Under the pieces are notes generated by a model. The model was not told where the DNA came from, did not search any database, and saw only the letters and a program-made list of their open reading frames with translations. Position numbers and translations under genes: made by a program. DNA of 60,955 nt, filler included. It is 7 parts of 7 records of this genome, joined end to end, with 100 filler letters (N's around TTAATTAATTAA, not from the genome) between each part and the next. Parts side by side here need not be neighbours in the genome. Positions count along the whole stretch, not along the records: positions 1 to 11,900 come from SRR2962707_4994; positions 12,001 to 22,144 come from SRR2962707_4998; 5 more parts are not named here. One strand, given 5' to 3'. Positions 9,781-19,806 of the stretch are shown piece after piece; positions within the stretch are counted from its first letter, which is position 1, and each line of letters begins with the position of its first letter.

Positions 9781-9950
9781 TCAAGCCTTATTGGCTCTGA
9801 CATTACCATTTCTCCTTAATTCCAATCGGGATTGAAGCGTATAAAACGAATATGCGAAATGTATATTTTAATAGCCATTTTGTATATAAGAAATTAGGTT
9901 CTTTTAATAGACATTGCTTCTTCATTAACCCTTAAACAACATTAATCCCT

Positions 9951-10802
9951 ATGGTAGATGTTACCAACCGTATTGTTGAAAATGCGAATAATACATATCT
10001 CAATGAGTGTGGAGCAGGTCAAAAAGAAGCAATTTTATTCTTACATGGATCGGGACCAGGTGCTAGTGCTTGGTCAAACTGGCAATATATAATGCCTGAA
10101 TTTGGGGAGAAATTTTATTGTCTTGCGCCAGACTTGGTTGGTTTTGGAAAAAGCCATCATCCAGAAAAGCCACCTAATGGTATGCGCAACTGGATGAGGC
10201 TGTGGATGGATCAACTTATCTCTCTATTGGACGAACTTAATCTTGAAAGGGTACACATGGTGGGAAATTCCATGGGTGGTGCAATAGCTCTCCAACTTTT
10301 AATGGATTTTCCGGATCGGTTTAACAGAGTTGTACTAATGGGGCCTGCCGGTGCACCAACGACCATTACACCGGAATTGGATAGAACATGGGGGTACTAC
10401 GATGACCCATCACAAGAACTCATGGCCAATATAATCTCCTGGTTTTCATACAATCAAAGCATTATCGGAGATCAACTGAAAGACATTTCCAAGATGCGCC
10501 ATGAAGCCACCTTAGATACGAATATTCGCAGATCTTTCGGGGCTATGTTTCCTGCACCAAGGCAACAGCACCTTGACGAATTGGTAATCCCGGACGGTTC
10601 TCTACGAAACATGGATCACCCTATTCTGATTATACATGGGCAAGAAGATCTGCTCGTAAATGTAGACACCAGCTACTACTTAATCAAGCATCTTCCAAAT
10701 GCCCAAATGCACATTTTCAGCCATTGTAGTCACTGGACCCAAATAGAATATAAGGAATCCTTTCACTTTTTGTTGAAAGGGTTCTTTGAGAAGAATTTTT
10801 AA
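9951..10802 (+). CDS. Meta-cleavage product C-C hydrolase (BphD/XylF-like alpha/beta hydrolase)
   Basis: LHGSGPGASAWSNW, GNSMGG nucleophile elbow and CSHWTQIE. Confidence 0.9.
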   Translation: MVDVTNRIVENANNTYLNECGAGQKEAILFLHGSGPGASAWSNWQYIMPEFGEKFYCLAPDLVGFGKSHHPEKPPNGMRNWMRLWMDQLISLLDELNLERVHMVGNSMGGAIALQLLMDFPDRFNRVVLMGPAGAPTTITPELDRTWGYYDDPSQELMANIISWFSYNQSIIGDQLKDISKMRHEATLDTNIRRSFGAMFPAPRQQHLDELVIPDGSLRNMDHPILIIHGQEDLLVNVDTSYYLIKHLPNAQMHIFSHCSHWTQIEYKESFHFLLKGFFEKNF

Positions 10803-10829
10803 AAAAAATAAACAATAACCTAAAATAAA

Positions 10830-11780
10830 ATGCAAAAGAAGTTAGCAAAACTGGGCCATGTTGCCCTAGTTACGCCCAATCTTGAAAAGTCACATTGGTT
10901 CTTTCACGATGTTGTTGGATTAAACGAGCAAAAGCGTGAAGGCAATAAGATTTATTATCGAGGATGGGCTGATTTTGAACACCATACATTGATCCTTATC
11001 GAAGGAAAGGAAGCCGTGCTTGATCACATAGCTTGGAAAACCTGCGAGCCTGACGATGTAGATTATTTTTATGGTAAGGTAGAAAGCGCAGGCTTATCGC
11101 CAGCATGGGTGCCTGAAGGAGAAGAGGCTGGCTTGGGAAAAGCGTTTCGCTTCAGATTACCAACAGGCCAGACCTATGAAATTTACTATGAGATGGAAAA
11201 ACCATTGGCTCCAGAAGGAAAGCGATCCAGATTGAAAAATCAGGTTTTCAAATCTTTTGATCATGGGATATCCCCGCGTTGTATAGATCATGTCAACTTC
11301 AATGTGGGCAACCCATCAGAATGCATGAAATTACACGAAGAACTTTTTGGTTTCAAAGTGCGAGAGTACATCCAATTAGATAACGGGTTTGAAATGGCTT
11401 ATTGGACTTCTGTCACCAGCTTGGTGCATGATTTAGCCATTATGTTTGACGAAGCTGGCCGCCAAAACAGGCTGCACCATACGGCGTTCTATCTCGATAA
11501 TTTTCAGGACGTGGCGAGAGCTGCTGATATTTTTAGGGAAAATGGTGTAGAACTTAGTCTGGCGCCAGGTAGGCACGGGATTTCACAGGCTGGTTTCATT
11601 TATGCAATTGATCCAGGTAGTGGTCATAGGCTCGAGCTGTTTAGTGGAGGATATCATATTTATGATCCTGACTGGAAACCAGTGCAATGGAAAGAGAAGG
11701 AATTAGCGGAGGGCATTATATGGTGGGGTCCAGAGTTATCTCCAACATTTTTGGCAGAATCAATTGGTCCTGAAGAATAA
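10830..11780 (+). CDS. Catechol 2,3-dioxygenase-like type I extradiol dioxygenase (VOC fold)
   Basis: Two VOC domains; IDHVN, LHHTAF, PGRHGIS and DPGSGHRLELF carry the His/His/Glu metal ligands. Confidence 0.9.
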   Translation: MQKKLAKLGHVALVTPNLEKSHWFFHDVVGLNEQKREGNKIYYRGWADFEHHTLILIEGKEAVLDHIAWKTCEPDDVDYFYGKVESAGLSPAWVPEGEEAGLGKAFRFRLPTGQTYEIYYEMEKPLAPEGKRSRLKNQVFKSFDHGISPRCIDHVNFNVGNPSECMKLHEELFGFKVREYIQLDNGFEMAYWTSVTSLVHDLAIMFDEAGRQNRLHHTAFYLDNFQDVARAADIFRENGVELSLAPGRHGISQAGFIYAIDPGSGHRLELFSGGYHIYDPDWKPVQWKEKELAEGIIWWGPELSPTFLAESIGPEE

Positions 11781-11787
11781 GTATACC

Positions 11788-11900
11788 ATGATGGAAAAAT
11801 TTAGAAAAAATATTTTTCAGGATATAAAAGTTCTTTGCACAATAATGGTGTTTGCTTGCTGGCCTGGAATTCTCCAGGCACAAGTAAACTTACCACCAAA
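11788..11900 (+). CDS. N-terminus of a secreted or outer-membrane protein, truncated at contig end
   Basis: Signal peptide ending LQA followed by QVNLPP; the family cannot be established from 37 codons. Confidence 0.5.
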
Positions 11901-12000
11901 NNNNNNNNNNNNNNNNNNNNNNNNNNNNNNNNNNNNNNNNNNNNTTAATTAATTAANNNNNNNNNNNNNNNNNNNNNNNNNNNNNNNNNNNNNNNNNNNN
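11901..12000. other. Artificial contig spacer (also at 22145-22244, 34412-34511, 43158-43257, 48505-48604, 55740-55839)
   Basis: 44 N + TTAATTAATTAA (stops in all six frames) + 44 N; base composition and gene style change abruptly across each spacer. Confidence 0.98.
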
Positions 12001-12056
12001 TACCAACTGTTTGTTGGCATCTTCATTTTTATTGAATTGAATGTCCATTGTTTATT

Positions 12057-12977
12057 TTAATTCTCTCCTTCCAGCGTGACTCCTTTCAGCTTATTATGCT
12101 TTCTACCAAGTGGTCGCATAAAGTCTTTGGGGTAATTATTGAAATGAATGATTAGTTCATCCATATCAACAAGGAGTTTGTTCAGGTTGTTATACAATGA
12201 ATCGTTGTTCATTAGTTTACCAACCGTGCCTTCATCGGATTGCACTGCCAACATTATTTTATTGAGCTCATCCATAGTCTGATTCAGTTTGGTAACAGTT
12301 TCTCCAAGAGGAAGCGCATTAAGCGAATCCATTAGTTGTTCTGACCCGGCTATCACACCTTCCAGTTGCTCGGATCTTTCCTTGAATGAAGAGATGAGAA
12401 GAGTCAAACTATCGATCGGCTTTTGAACATCAATTCGCTGGACTTTCCGTGTTATTGATGCAACAGAATATTTTAATGTATCAACCAGACCTTCAATATC
12501 AGTTCTATTGATTTGATCTAGCACATCATTTAGCTTGGTTATAGTGGTATTTAAGTTATCTGTCAATGGATCGAATTGCTCCAGGATACCTCCATCAACA
12601 AAAGAAAGCAGTGTATCTCCAGGTTCAAGTTTTTCTGCGGATCCTCCGGGTAGGAGAATGATAGCTTTGCCACCGAAGAGACCATCATTCGCAAGTTTGG
12701 CAGTATCCATCTTTCCGACATAAACACCGTCTTCAATATCCACTGACACAATGATTCTCCGCTTAGCTTGCTCAAGCGCAAACCCACTAACTCGCCCAAC
12801 TGGTAAACCATTGAAGTAGACTGGATTTGATACGTTCAATCCTGCGACATTTGGATATGCAACGTAATACCTATTCGAAGGTGAAAACAGATCAGAGCCC
12901 CTCAGAAAATTGAAACCATAATAAAGTAAAGCTCCTGAGATAATGGTGATCAGACCTATCTTAAATTCTTTTGACAC
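12057..12977 (-). CDS. mlaD: MlaD/MCE-family protein
   Basis: N-terminal TM anchor; VAGLNVSNPVYFNGLPVGRV; helical tail with GTVGKLMNNDSLYNNL. Confidence 0.9.
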   Translation of the reverse strand: MSKEFKIGLITIISGALLYYGFNFLRGSDLFSPSNRYYVAYPNVAGLNVSNPVYFNGLPVGRVSGFALEQAKRRIIVSVDIEDGVYVGKMDTAKLANDGLFGGKAIILLPGGSAEKLEPGDTLLSFVDGGILEQFDPLTDNLNTTITKLNDVLDQINRTDIEGLVDTLKYSVASITRKVQRIDVQKPIDSLTLLISSFKERSEQLEGVIAGSEQLMDSLNALPLGETVTKLNQTMDELNKIMLAVQSDEGTVGKLMNNDSLYNNLNKLLVDMDELIIHFNNYPKDFMRPLGRKHNKLKGVTLEGEN

Positions 12978-12988
12978 AGTTCTTAATT

Positions 12989-13789
12989 TTAGTTTTGGGC
13001 ATCAAATGCCTCCTTATACTCTTTAATAGCCCGGTAGATGCCAGAGGCAATGTATGCCTGCACATCAGGGTCATTCAGTTCCTTCTCTTCTGAAGGGTTG
13101 GAAAGGTAGCCAATTTCTACCAACACGCTTGGCATAGCTGTGTTCCACAGCACCCAAAGACTTGATTGTTTCACGCCATAGGTTCTTCTACCAGCACGAT
13201 TTTTGAGCTGGGTGTCAATCATGGCTGCCAGTTTTAGGCTATTTTCCTGATAGGCAGACTGAGTAAGATTGAACAGGATGTAGGACTCTTCAGATTGAGG
13301 ATCAAAGTTGTATTCCTTTTCGTAATCCTCCTCAAGTAAGATTACTGAGTTCTCCCTTTTGGCTACTTCTAGTGCCCTATCAGTGTTTTGGGCTCCCATT
13401 ACGTAGATCTCAACACCCTTCACTGCATTTTTTCGGGAGGCAGGCGTTTCTTTTGGTAAGGAGTTTGCATGGATCGACACAAATAAGTTAGCCTCATGAT
13501 TATTTGCAATTTTAGGTCGCTCTTTCAACTCAATAAAAGTGTCGTCTTTTCTAGTAAGTATCACGTCAACGCCTTTGACATTTTTCTTAACGTATTCACT
13601 TACCATGTTAGCCACTTTGAGAGCCACATCCTTTTCTTTGGAATAAGTACCAAGAGTGCCAGGGTCACGGCCACCATGACCAGCATCAATAACAATTCTA
13701 GAAACAGCAAAGGACTTTTTACCTACTGGATGGAAAGAGCCCAAGACCAGAAATAACGTCAAGCTAATGGGTAGTACAAGATTTCTCAC
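12989..13789 (-). CDS. N-acetylmuramoyl-L-alanine amidase (Amidase_3)
   Basis: IDAGHGGRDPG, EKDVAL, FVSIHAN and PSVLVEIGYLSN. Confidence 0.95.
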   Translation of the reverse strand: MRNLVLPISLTLFLVLGSFHPVGKKSFAVSRIVIDAGHGGRDPGTLGTYSKEKDVALKVANMVSEYVKKNVKGVDVILTRKDDTFIELKERPKIANNHEANLFVSIHANSLPKETPASRKNAVKGVEIYVMGAQNTDRALEVAKRENSVILLEEDYEKEYNFDPQSEESYILFNLTQSAYQENSLKLAAMIDTQLKNRAGRRTYGVKQSSLWVLWNTAMPSVLVEIGYLSNPSEEKELNDPDVQAYIASGIYRAIKEYKEAFDAQN

Positions 13790-13955
13790 GTTCTTAATAT
13801 TCTAAAATGAAATACTTTTACGCAAAATTTAGAGAATCACGCATCAATAGAAGATTTACTTCGTGGTTACACACAAAAAATCTGCCATTTATGCAAAATT
13901 TTAAACATCTCAAAGATAGTTTGGTCAAAGTTCAATTTCAAAAAAGCGTGCCGGG

Positions 13956-16715
13956 TTGAGGTGTCTAATCATCATTTTATTTTGTTCGATCGTTAAGATT
14001 TCGTTTTCTCAGGAAAGAGACACCCTGAAAACAGATCCAATTGTGCCTATTCGCATAGTTTCAGATAGCACTATTGCCAACGATACAATTCCACCTGTAG
14101 GCCTTGACACCATAAAGTCCACCCCAAGAAAAAGAGATATTGAGACCACCATTAATTACAATGCACGTGATTCTCTTTATTTCAATCTAAAAGATCAAAA
14201 ATTATACCTCTACGGTGAAACCCATATTGATTATGGCGCTATCACATTGGAGGCAGAACGAACCGACGTAGACTGGAACAAGCGAACCATAAAAGCCAAG
14301 TACTTCGCGGATTCAACAGGTAGGAAGATCGGGAAGCCAGTGTATTCTGACGGGCCCGATGTTTATGCGACAGACGACATCCTCTACAACTTCGACACAA
14401 AAAGGGCTCTCATAAAAGGAGTTGTAACCCAACAAGATGGTGCTTTCATGCATGGGGATGACGTGAAGAAGAATGATGAAGATGAGCTTTTTATCAGAGG
14501 TGCACGATACACCACTTGTAACCTTGAAGACCCTCACTTTTTTATTGAGTCTACCAAACTCAAAGTGATTCCCAATAATAAGGTAGTATCCGGGCCCTTC
14601 AATATGAAGTTCAGAGACTTGCCCACTCCACTGTTTTTTCCGTTCGGGATGTTTCCCCAGCCAAAAGAAAAGGCTTCAGGTATTATTTTCCCTTCCTATG
14701 GAGAGGAACGACGGAGGGGATTCTTTTTGAGAAATGGTGGCTACTATTTTGCCATCAACGATTATGTGGATGCAAGAATCACGGGAGATATTTATTCGAA
14801 GGGTGGAAATGGGGTGAATGTAACTTCCAATTATTTCAAAAAATATTCTTATCGAGGAACATTTAATTTCTCATACAATAAATCGGTTTCTGATGACATT
14901 GAAAATCCACTTGAGACTAACGACTACTGGGTAAGATGGAATCATTCGCCCCAATCGAAAGGAAATTCATCCATTTCAGCATCGGTTTCTGCTGGTACGT
15001 CAACATATAACCAAAACAATAACCTTGTTAATCAAGATTACAATCGAAGTATCAACTCACAGTTTGCTTCAAATGTCTCTTACCGAAAAACATTTCAAGG
15101 CACTCCCTTCAATATGTCCTTGAATCTTAGACATAGTCAGAACCTAAGAACTCAAATAGTAAACCTGACTTTGCCTGATTTCACGCTTCAGATGACAAGG
15201 ATCTATCCGTTCAAAAATATAGTAAGCTCAAGTAAATCGCCACTGGCTAAGCTGAGTTTTAGCCACAATTTTGTAGCCAAGAATGAAATCTCAAATTCGG
15301 CGGTACGTACACCTTCTGGTATAAATATATCCAACAGCAATCCGAGAGCAGATTCAGTACTAACCTTCAATTCCGATAACTTCAGTGAAATCCTTGAGCG
15401 ATCCAAATTTGGAGGAAAGCATACTATTCCTATTTCGACTTCTATGAATGTATTTAAGTATTTCACTTTAAGTCCTTCATTCAATTATCAGGAGCTTTGG
15501 TACACCCGTGAACTTGACTACACGTTTATTCCAGAAGAAAATGCGGTTCGAATCGATACCATATCCGGTTTTAGTCGGGCTGGGAGCTGGTCATCAGGAG
15601 CTGCATTAAATACACGTGTTTACGGTACTGTTTTCTTCAGTAAGGGAAAAATACAGGCCATTCGGCACGTTATGACACCAAGCGTCTCATTTAGCTACAG
15701 CCCGGATTTCTCTGACCCAAAATATGGAGTTTATAAAGAAGTACAAATCGACACAACCTCCACAAACCTGAACAACACCAGGATTCTAAGCAAATATGAA
15801 GGGTTTGCATATGGCTCCCCACCTGGTGGTGAGAGCAAAACCATCGGGTTCTCTCTGTCAAATAATATCGAGATGAAAGTAGCCAGTAAAAAAGATACTG
15901 TTACGGGCTCCAAAAAAATCAAACTTTTTGACAACCTGGGATTAAGTTCCGGGTACAACTTAGCAGCAGACTCTTTCAAACTCAGCAATATCAATGTGAA
16001 TGCCAGAACCTCTTTTTTTGATGGGAAGATTTCATTGAACTTTACCGGAACACTAGACCCGTATGAATACTTATTACTTTCTGAAAGTGTAAGCTCAACA
16101 GGCATAAGACGTGTTTCACAAAGAAGATTAGATCGATATACATGGAACAATGGAAACGGACTTGGCAGGCTTTCCAATATGAATATTTCAATCGGAGCTA
16201 ATCTTTCTCCCAGGAGAGGGGGTAACAACAACTCCAACTCTGGCAACAGACAGGGAGATAGCTTCGGACGATCGGGGATTGCAGCTCCGGATGAAAACGT
16301 AAACTTCGAAGGTTATACGGAACAAGAACAAATGGAAATCAATCGAATCCAGAGTAATCCAGAAGAATACGTCGACTTCAGCGTGCCATGGACATTGCGA
16401 ATGCAATATTCAATTAATAGAACAAAACGTGGATTTGAGGATGCAACCGTTCGGCAAAGTTTTCAATTTAGTGGATCTTTGGGCCTTACAGACAAAACCC
16501 AGGTTACCTTTAATTCAGGTTATGATTTCGAATCTAAAGAATTCACCACTACCCGAATAGGCGTTAGCAGAGATCTTCATTGTTGGTCTATGAATTTTGA
16601 TTGGGTTCCATTTGGTAGATACCAATCGTACTTTCTTTCTATTCGTGTGAAATCTTCATTACTTCAGGATTTGAAGCTTGAAAAAAGAAGAAGTTTCTTC
16701 GATTTCTTCAATTAA
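13956..16715 (+). CDS. lptD: Putative LPS assembly protein LptD (Bacteroidota type)
   Basis: YTTCNLEDPHF, RGFFLRNGGYYFA and C-terminal RDLHCWSMNFDWVPFG; divergent from amidase/mlaD as is common in Bacteroidota. Confidence 0.85.
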   Translation: MRCLIIILFCSIVKISFSQERDTLKTDPIVPIRIVSDSTIANDTIPPVGLDTIKSTPRKRDIETTINYNARDSLYFNLKDQKLYLYGETHIDYGAITLEAERTDVDWNKRTIKAKYFADSTGRKIGKPVYSDGPDVYATDDILYNFDTKRALIKGVVTQQDGAFMHGDDVKKNDEDELFIRGARYTTCNLEDPHFFIESTKLKVIPNNKVVSGPFNMKFRDLPTPLFFPFGMFPQPKEKASGIIFPSYGEERRRGFFLRNGGYYFAINDYVDARITGDIYSKGGNGVNVTSNYFKKYSYRGTFNFSYNKSVSDDIENPLETNDYWVRWNHSPQSKGNSSISASVSAGTSTYNQNNNLVNQDYNRSINSQFASNVSYRKTFQGTPFNMSLNLRHSQNLRTQIVNLTLPDFTLQMTRIYPFKNIVSSSKSPLAKLSFSHNFVAKNEISNSAVRTPSGINISNSNPRADSVLTFNSDNFSEILERSKFGGKHTIPISTSMNVFKYFTLSPSFNYQELWYTRELDYTFIPEENAVRIDTISGFSRAGSWSSGAALNTRVYGTVFFSKGKIQAIRHVMTPSVSFSYSPDFSDPKYGVYKEVQIDTTSTNLNNTRILSKYEGFAYGSPPGGESKTIGFSLSNNIEMKVASKKDTVTGSKKIKLFDNLGLSSGYNLAADSFKLSNINVNARTSFFDGKISLNFTGTLDPYEYLLLSESVSSTGIRRVSQRRLDRYTWNNGNGLGRLSNMNISIGANLSPRRGGNNNSNSGNRQGDSFGRSGIAAPDENVNFEGYTEQEQMEINRIQSNPEEYVDFSVPWTLRMQYSINRTKRGFEDATVRQSFQFSGSLGLTDKTQVTFNSGYDFESKEFTTTRIGVSRDLHCWSMNFDWVPFGRYQSYFLSIRVKSSLLQDLKLEKRRSFFDFFN

Positions 16716-16743
16716 ATACCAAGTGAGGTAACACATACATATT

Positions 16744-16776
16744 GCACTCCCCTTACATCGAGGAGTGTTTTTTTTT
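16744..16776 (+). terminator. Rho-independent terminator after lptD
   Basis: CACTCC-loop-GGAGTG followed by nine T. Confidence 0.7.
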
Positions 16777-16848
16777 ACAATTTATCGAACCTTTTCAAAG
16801 CTATTCTTACAGGTTGAAAATAAAACATTTTTTACCAAAAGTATGCTT

Positions 16849-19794
16849 ATGAAAAAACTCTACTTTTCATTTATTGTCTGTCTTTTGGCTGTAGTTCATC
16901 TACATGCTCAAAGGACAGTATCAGGTAAAGTAACCGATGAAGACGGTGAAAGCTTGCCTGGGGTGAACGTGCTCGTGAAGGGCACAACAACCGGTACACA
17001 AACGGATTTGGATGGTAATTATCGTCTATCGGTGAGTGATGAAACGGTGTTGGTGTTTTCTTATGTTGGCTTTGAGCCACAAGAAATCACAGTGGGAACA
17101 AGAACTGTTATTGATGTAACCTTGGGTGGTGCGACTCAACTACAGGAAGTTGTTGTGACTGGTTATGGTCCACAGGAAGTTCGAAGAGCATCAGGTTCTG
17201 TGGCTGCCGTAGATGCCCAAACTATTAATAACGTGCCAATTGCATCCTTCGATAAAATACTTCAAGGCCAAGCAGTTGGGGTTCTTGCTCAATCGAATAG
17301 TGGTCAGCCTGGTGCGGGTGCCAGTGTCTTAATTAGAGGTGCCGGCAGTATCAACTCCAGCACACAACCACTCTATATATTGGATGGTGTGCCAATTGAT
17401 GCTGCAGAGTTCGAAACCATTAATCCTAATGACATAGAGAATGTATCTATTCTAAAAGATGCATCCTCTTCGGCTATTTATGGATCAAGGGGAGCGAATG
17501 GTGTAATTGTCATCACATCTAAAAGTGGACAGGCGGGTAAACCAAAGGTTACATTCAGTGCCCAGTTTGGGGTGTCTGAAGCTCCTAAAAATTTCCTTCC
17601 GGTAATGAGCTCACAGCAAAAAATTGATTTTGAGCTATTCACTGGAGGAACAACATTATCAACTTATACCGCAGAGCAAATCGATTCTGTGAGACAATTC
17701 CAGACTTCCTGGAAGGATGAGCTATTTGAAACAGCCGTAACCAGAAACTATCAATTAAATGTTTCTGGGGGAAATGAAAATACGACTTATTTCATCTCAG
17801 GGTCCTACTATGATGAAGATGGAGCTGTTGTAACCACCGGCCTTAAGCGATACACTGCTAGAGTCAACTTAAAGACTGTTACGGGTAATTTAACTTTTGG
17901 CACCAACAATACACTTGGATATTCAAGATTAAAGGACACGAATGAAGGCGATCAGTTTATTGGATCTCCATTAAATGCTGCGTACTGGTCTAACCCTTAC
18001 GAACCTGTATTCAATCCTGATGGTACATATAATCAACTAGAATCAGGACAGCCAAATGGCGTTCAGGAATTATTTCAAAATACCAACATCACTGAGAATG
18101 TGAAAGTTGTGTCTTCGCTTTATGCGGAATTTGATATCCCTGGAGTAGATGGTCTATCTGTAAGATCAAAATGGGGTGTGGACTTTGATACAGATATTGA
18201 TACCGACTTTACCGATCCTAGAACAAATCCGGGAGGACAAGCCAAAGGCGGTGAAGGAAGTTTGTTCAGAGACTTTGATAGGGATGTAACTTTCATTGGA
18301 ACGAACTCAATTAATTATGTTACTGAATTCGGATCTGATCATAACTTATCTGTTTCGCTGTTTCAGGAATTTATCTGGAACGATACAGAGAGCTTCAACT
18401 TCACAGGTTATGGATTTACCAATCTCAAATTGAGAAATGAAGCAGGTATCACTGCAGGTAGTTCCACAAATGGATTTATTCCTGACGTTGGAGGTAATGG
18501 TGTGAGAAGCTCACTACTCTCCTATTTTGGAACCGTTGCATATACGTTTAAGGATCGATATACCTTCAATGGTACACTTAGAAGAGATGGATCATCTCGA
18601 TTTGGTTCAAACAACAGATTTGCAACTTTCTATTCTGCAGGTATAGCATGGGTATTGTCTGATGAGAGCTTCTTCAATGTTGGTTTCTTCGACAATGTCA
18701 AAGTGAAAGCTAGTTACGGAACCACTGGTAATCAGGAAATTGGAGATTTCCAATATGCTGCAACACTGGGAACAGTCTCTTATGCAGGAGAAAATGGTTT
18801 GGTTCTACAAAGTATTCCAAATCCAAACATCCAGTGGGAGACGACCAAAATGATCAACGCAGGTATTGAGTTTTCTTCGTTTTCATCCAGACTAACCGGA
18901 ACCATTGAATACTACAATAACCTAACGGTCGATGCTTTCTTGAATACACAACTTTCCAGAACCACGGGTTTTACTACTCAAAATCAAAATGCCGGAGAGA
19001 TTAGAAATGAGGGAGTTGAGATTTCATTAACTGGTAGAATTATCAGTAATGATGCACTATCCGTTGTGTTGGGAGCAAATCTTGCCTACAATAACAATGT
19101 AGTGGAAAGCTTGGCCGGTGAGGACGACATCATTGGTAACACGACGATAATCAGAGAAGGTCAACCTGTATCTGCTAACTATGTTGTACCATTCATTGGA
19201 GTAAATCCTGCAAACGGAGATGCGCTATATCGAACCATCGATGGAACCATTACAAGTGTATTTGACCAAGCAAACGATTCAAGGGTATATGGCCCTAGAA
19301 CAGCTCCATATAATGGGGGTGTGAATCTTACAGTAACATATGGTAATATTTCACTGTTTGCATTAGGCTCATGGATATCCGGATCTACACTATACAACAA
19401 TGAGCGAATCAATATTGATAACCCGGCATATATTCCTGACAATGTCTCCGTGGATCTTTTGAGAGCTTGGAAGCAGCCAGGAGATATCACAGATGTTCCA
19501 AGGATAAGAACTGCTGACGGGCTTACAACTAACACCTACCAAAGTGCAACTACCAGATATCTAGAAGATGGAGACTTCTTCAGGTTGAGAAATGTGGTGC
19601 TCGCGTATAGCCTACCATCTAATTTGATCAGTAAGGCTGGTTTTAAAAATGTTAGAATCTACGCTCAAGGTCAAAACCTTGTAACCCTTACCAAATTCAC
19701 TGGCGCAGATCCGGAAGATACTAATGGCTTCCTGGCCGGCGCGGTGTACCCTGCGGTAAGAACTTACACATTCGGTTTGGACTTAACATTTTAA
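16849..19794 (+). CDS. susC: SusC/RagA TonB-dependent transporter
   Basis: VSGKVTDEDGESLPGVNV, INPNDIENVSILKDASSSAIYGSRGANGVIVITSK and C-terminal YPAVRTYTFGLDLTF. Start is more likely ATG 16843 or 16849 than 16765. Confidence 0.95.
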   Translation: MKKLYFSFIVCLLAVVHLHAQRTVSGKVTDEDGESLPGVNVLVKGTTTGTQTDLDGNYRLSVSDETVLVFSYVGFEPQEITVGTRTVIDVTLGGATQLQEVVVTGYGPQEVRRASGSVAAVDAQTINNVPIASFDKILQGQAVGVLAQSNSGQPGAGASVLIRGAGSINSSTQPLYILDGVPIDAAEFETINPNDIENVSILKDASSSAIYGSRGANGVIVITSKSGQAGKPKVTFSAQFGVSEAPKNFLPVMSSQQKIDFELFTGGTTLSTYTAEQIDSVRQFQTSWKDELFETAVTRNYQLNVSGGNENTTYFISGSYYDEDGAVVTTGLKRYTARVNLKTVTGNLTFGTNNTLGYSRLKDTNEGDQFIGSPLNAAYWSNPYEPVFNPDGTYNQLESGQPNGVQELFQNTNITENVKVVSSLYAEFDIPGVDGLSVRSKWGVDFDTDIDTDFTDPRTNPGGQAKGGEGSLFRDFDRDVTFIGTNSINYVTEFGSDHNLSVSLFQEFIWNDTESFNFTGYGFTNLKLRNEAGITAGSSTNGFIPDVGGNGVRSSLLSYFGTVAYTFKDRYTFNGTLRRDGSSRFGSNNRFATFYSAGIAWVLSDESFFNVGFFDNVKVKASYGTTGNQEIGDFQYAATLGTVSYAGENGLVLQSIPNPNIQWETTKMINAGIEFSSFSSRLTGTIEYYNNLTVDAFLNTQLSRTTGFTTQNQNAGEIRNEGVEISLTGRIISNDALSVVLGANLAYNNNVVESLAGEDDIIGNTTIIREGQPVSANYVVPFIGVNPANGDALYRTIDGTITSVFDQANDSRVYGPRTAPYNGGVNLTVTYGNISLFALGSWISGSTLYNNERINIDNPAYIPDNVSVDLLRAWKQPGDITDVPRIRTADGLTTNTYQSATTRYLEDGDFFRLRNVVLAYSLPSNLISKAGFKNVRIYAQGQNLVTLTKFTGADPEDTNGFLAGAVYPAVRTYTFGLDLTF

Positions 19795-19806
19795 TAGGAA
19801 ATTATC

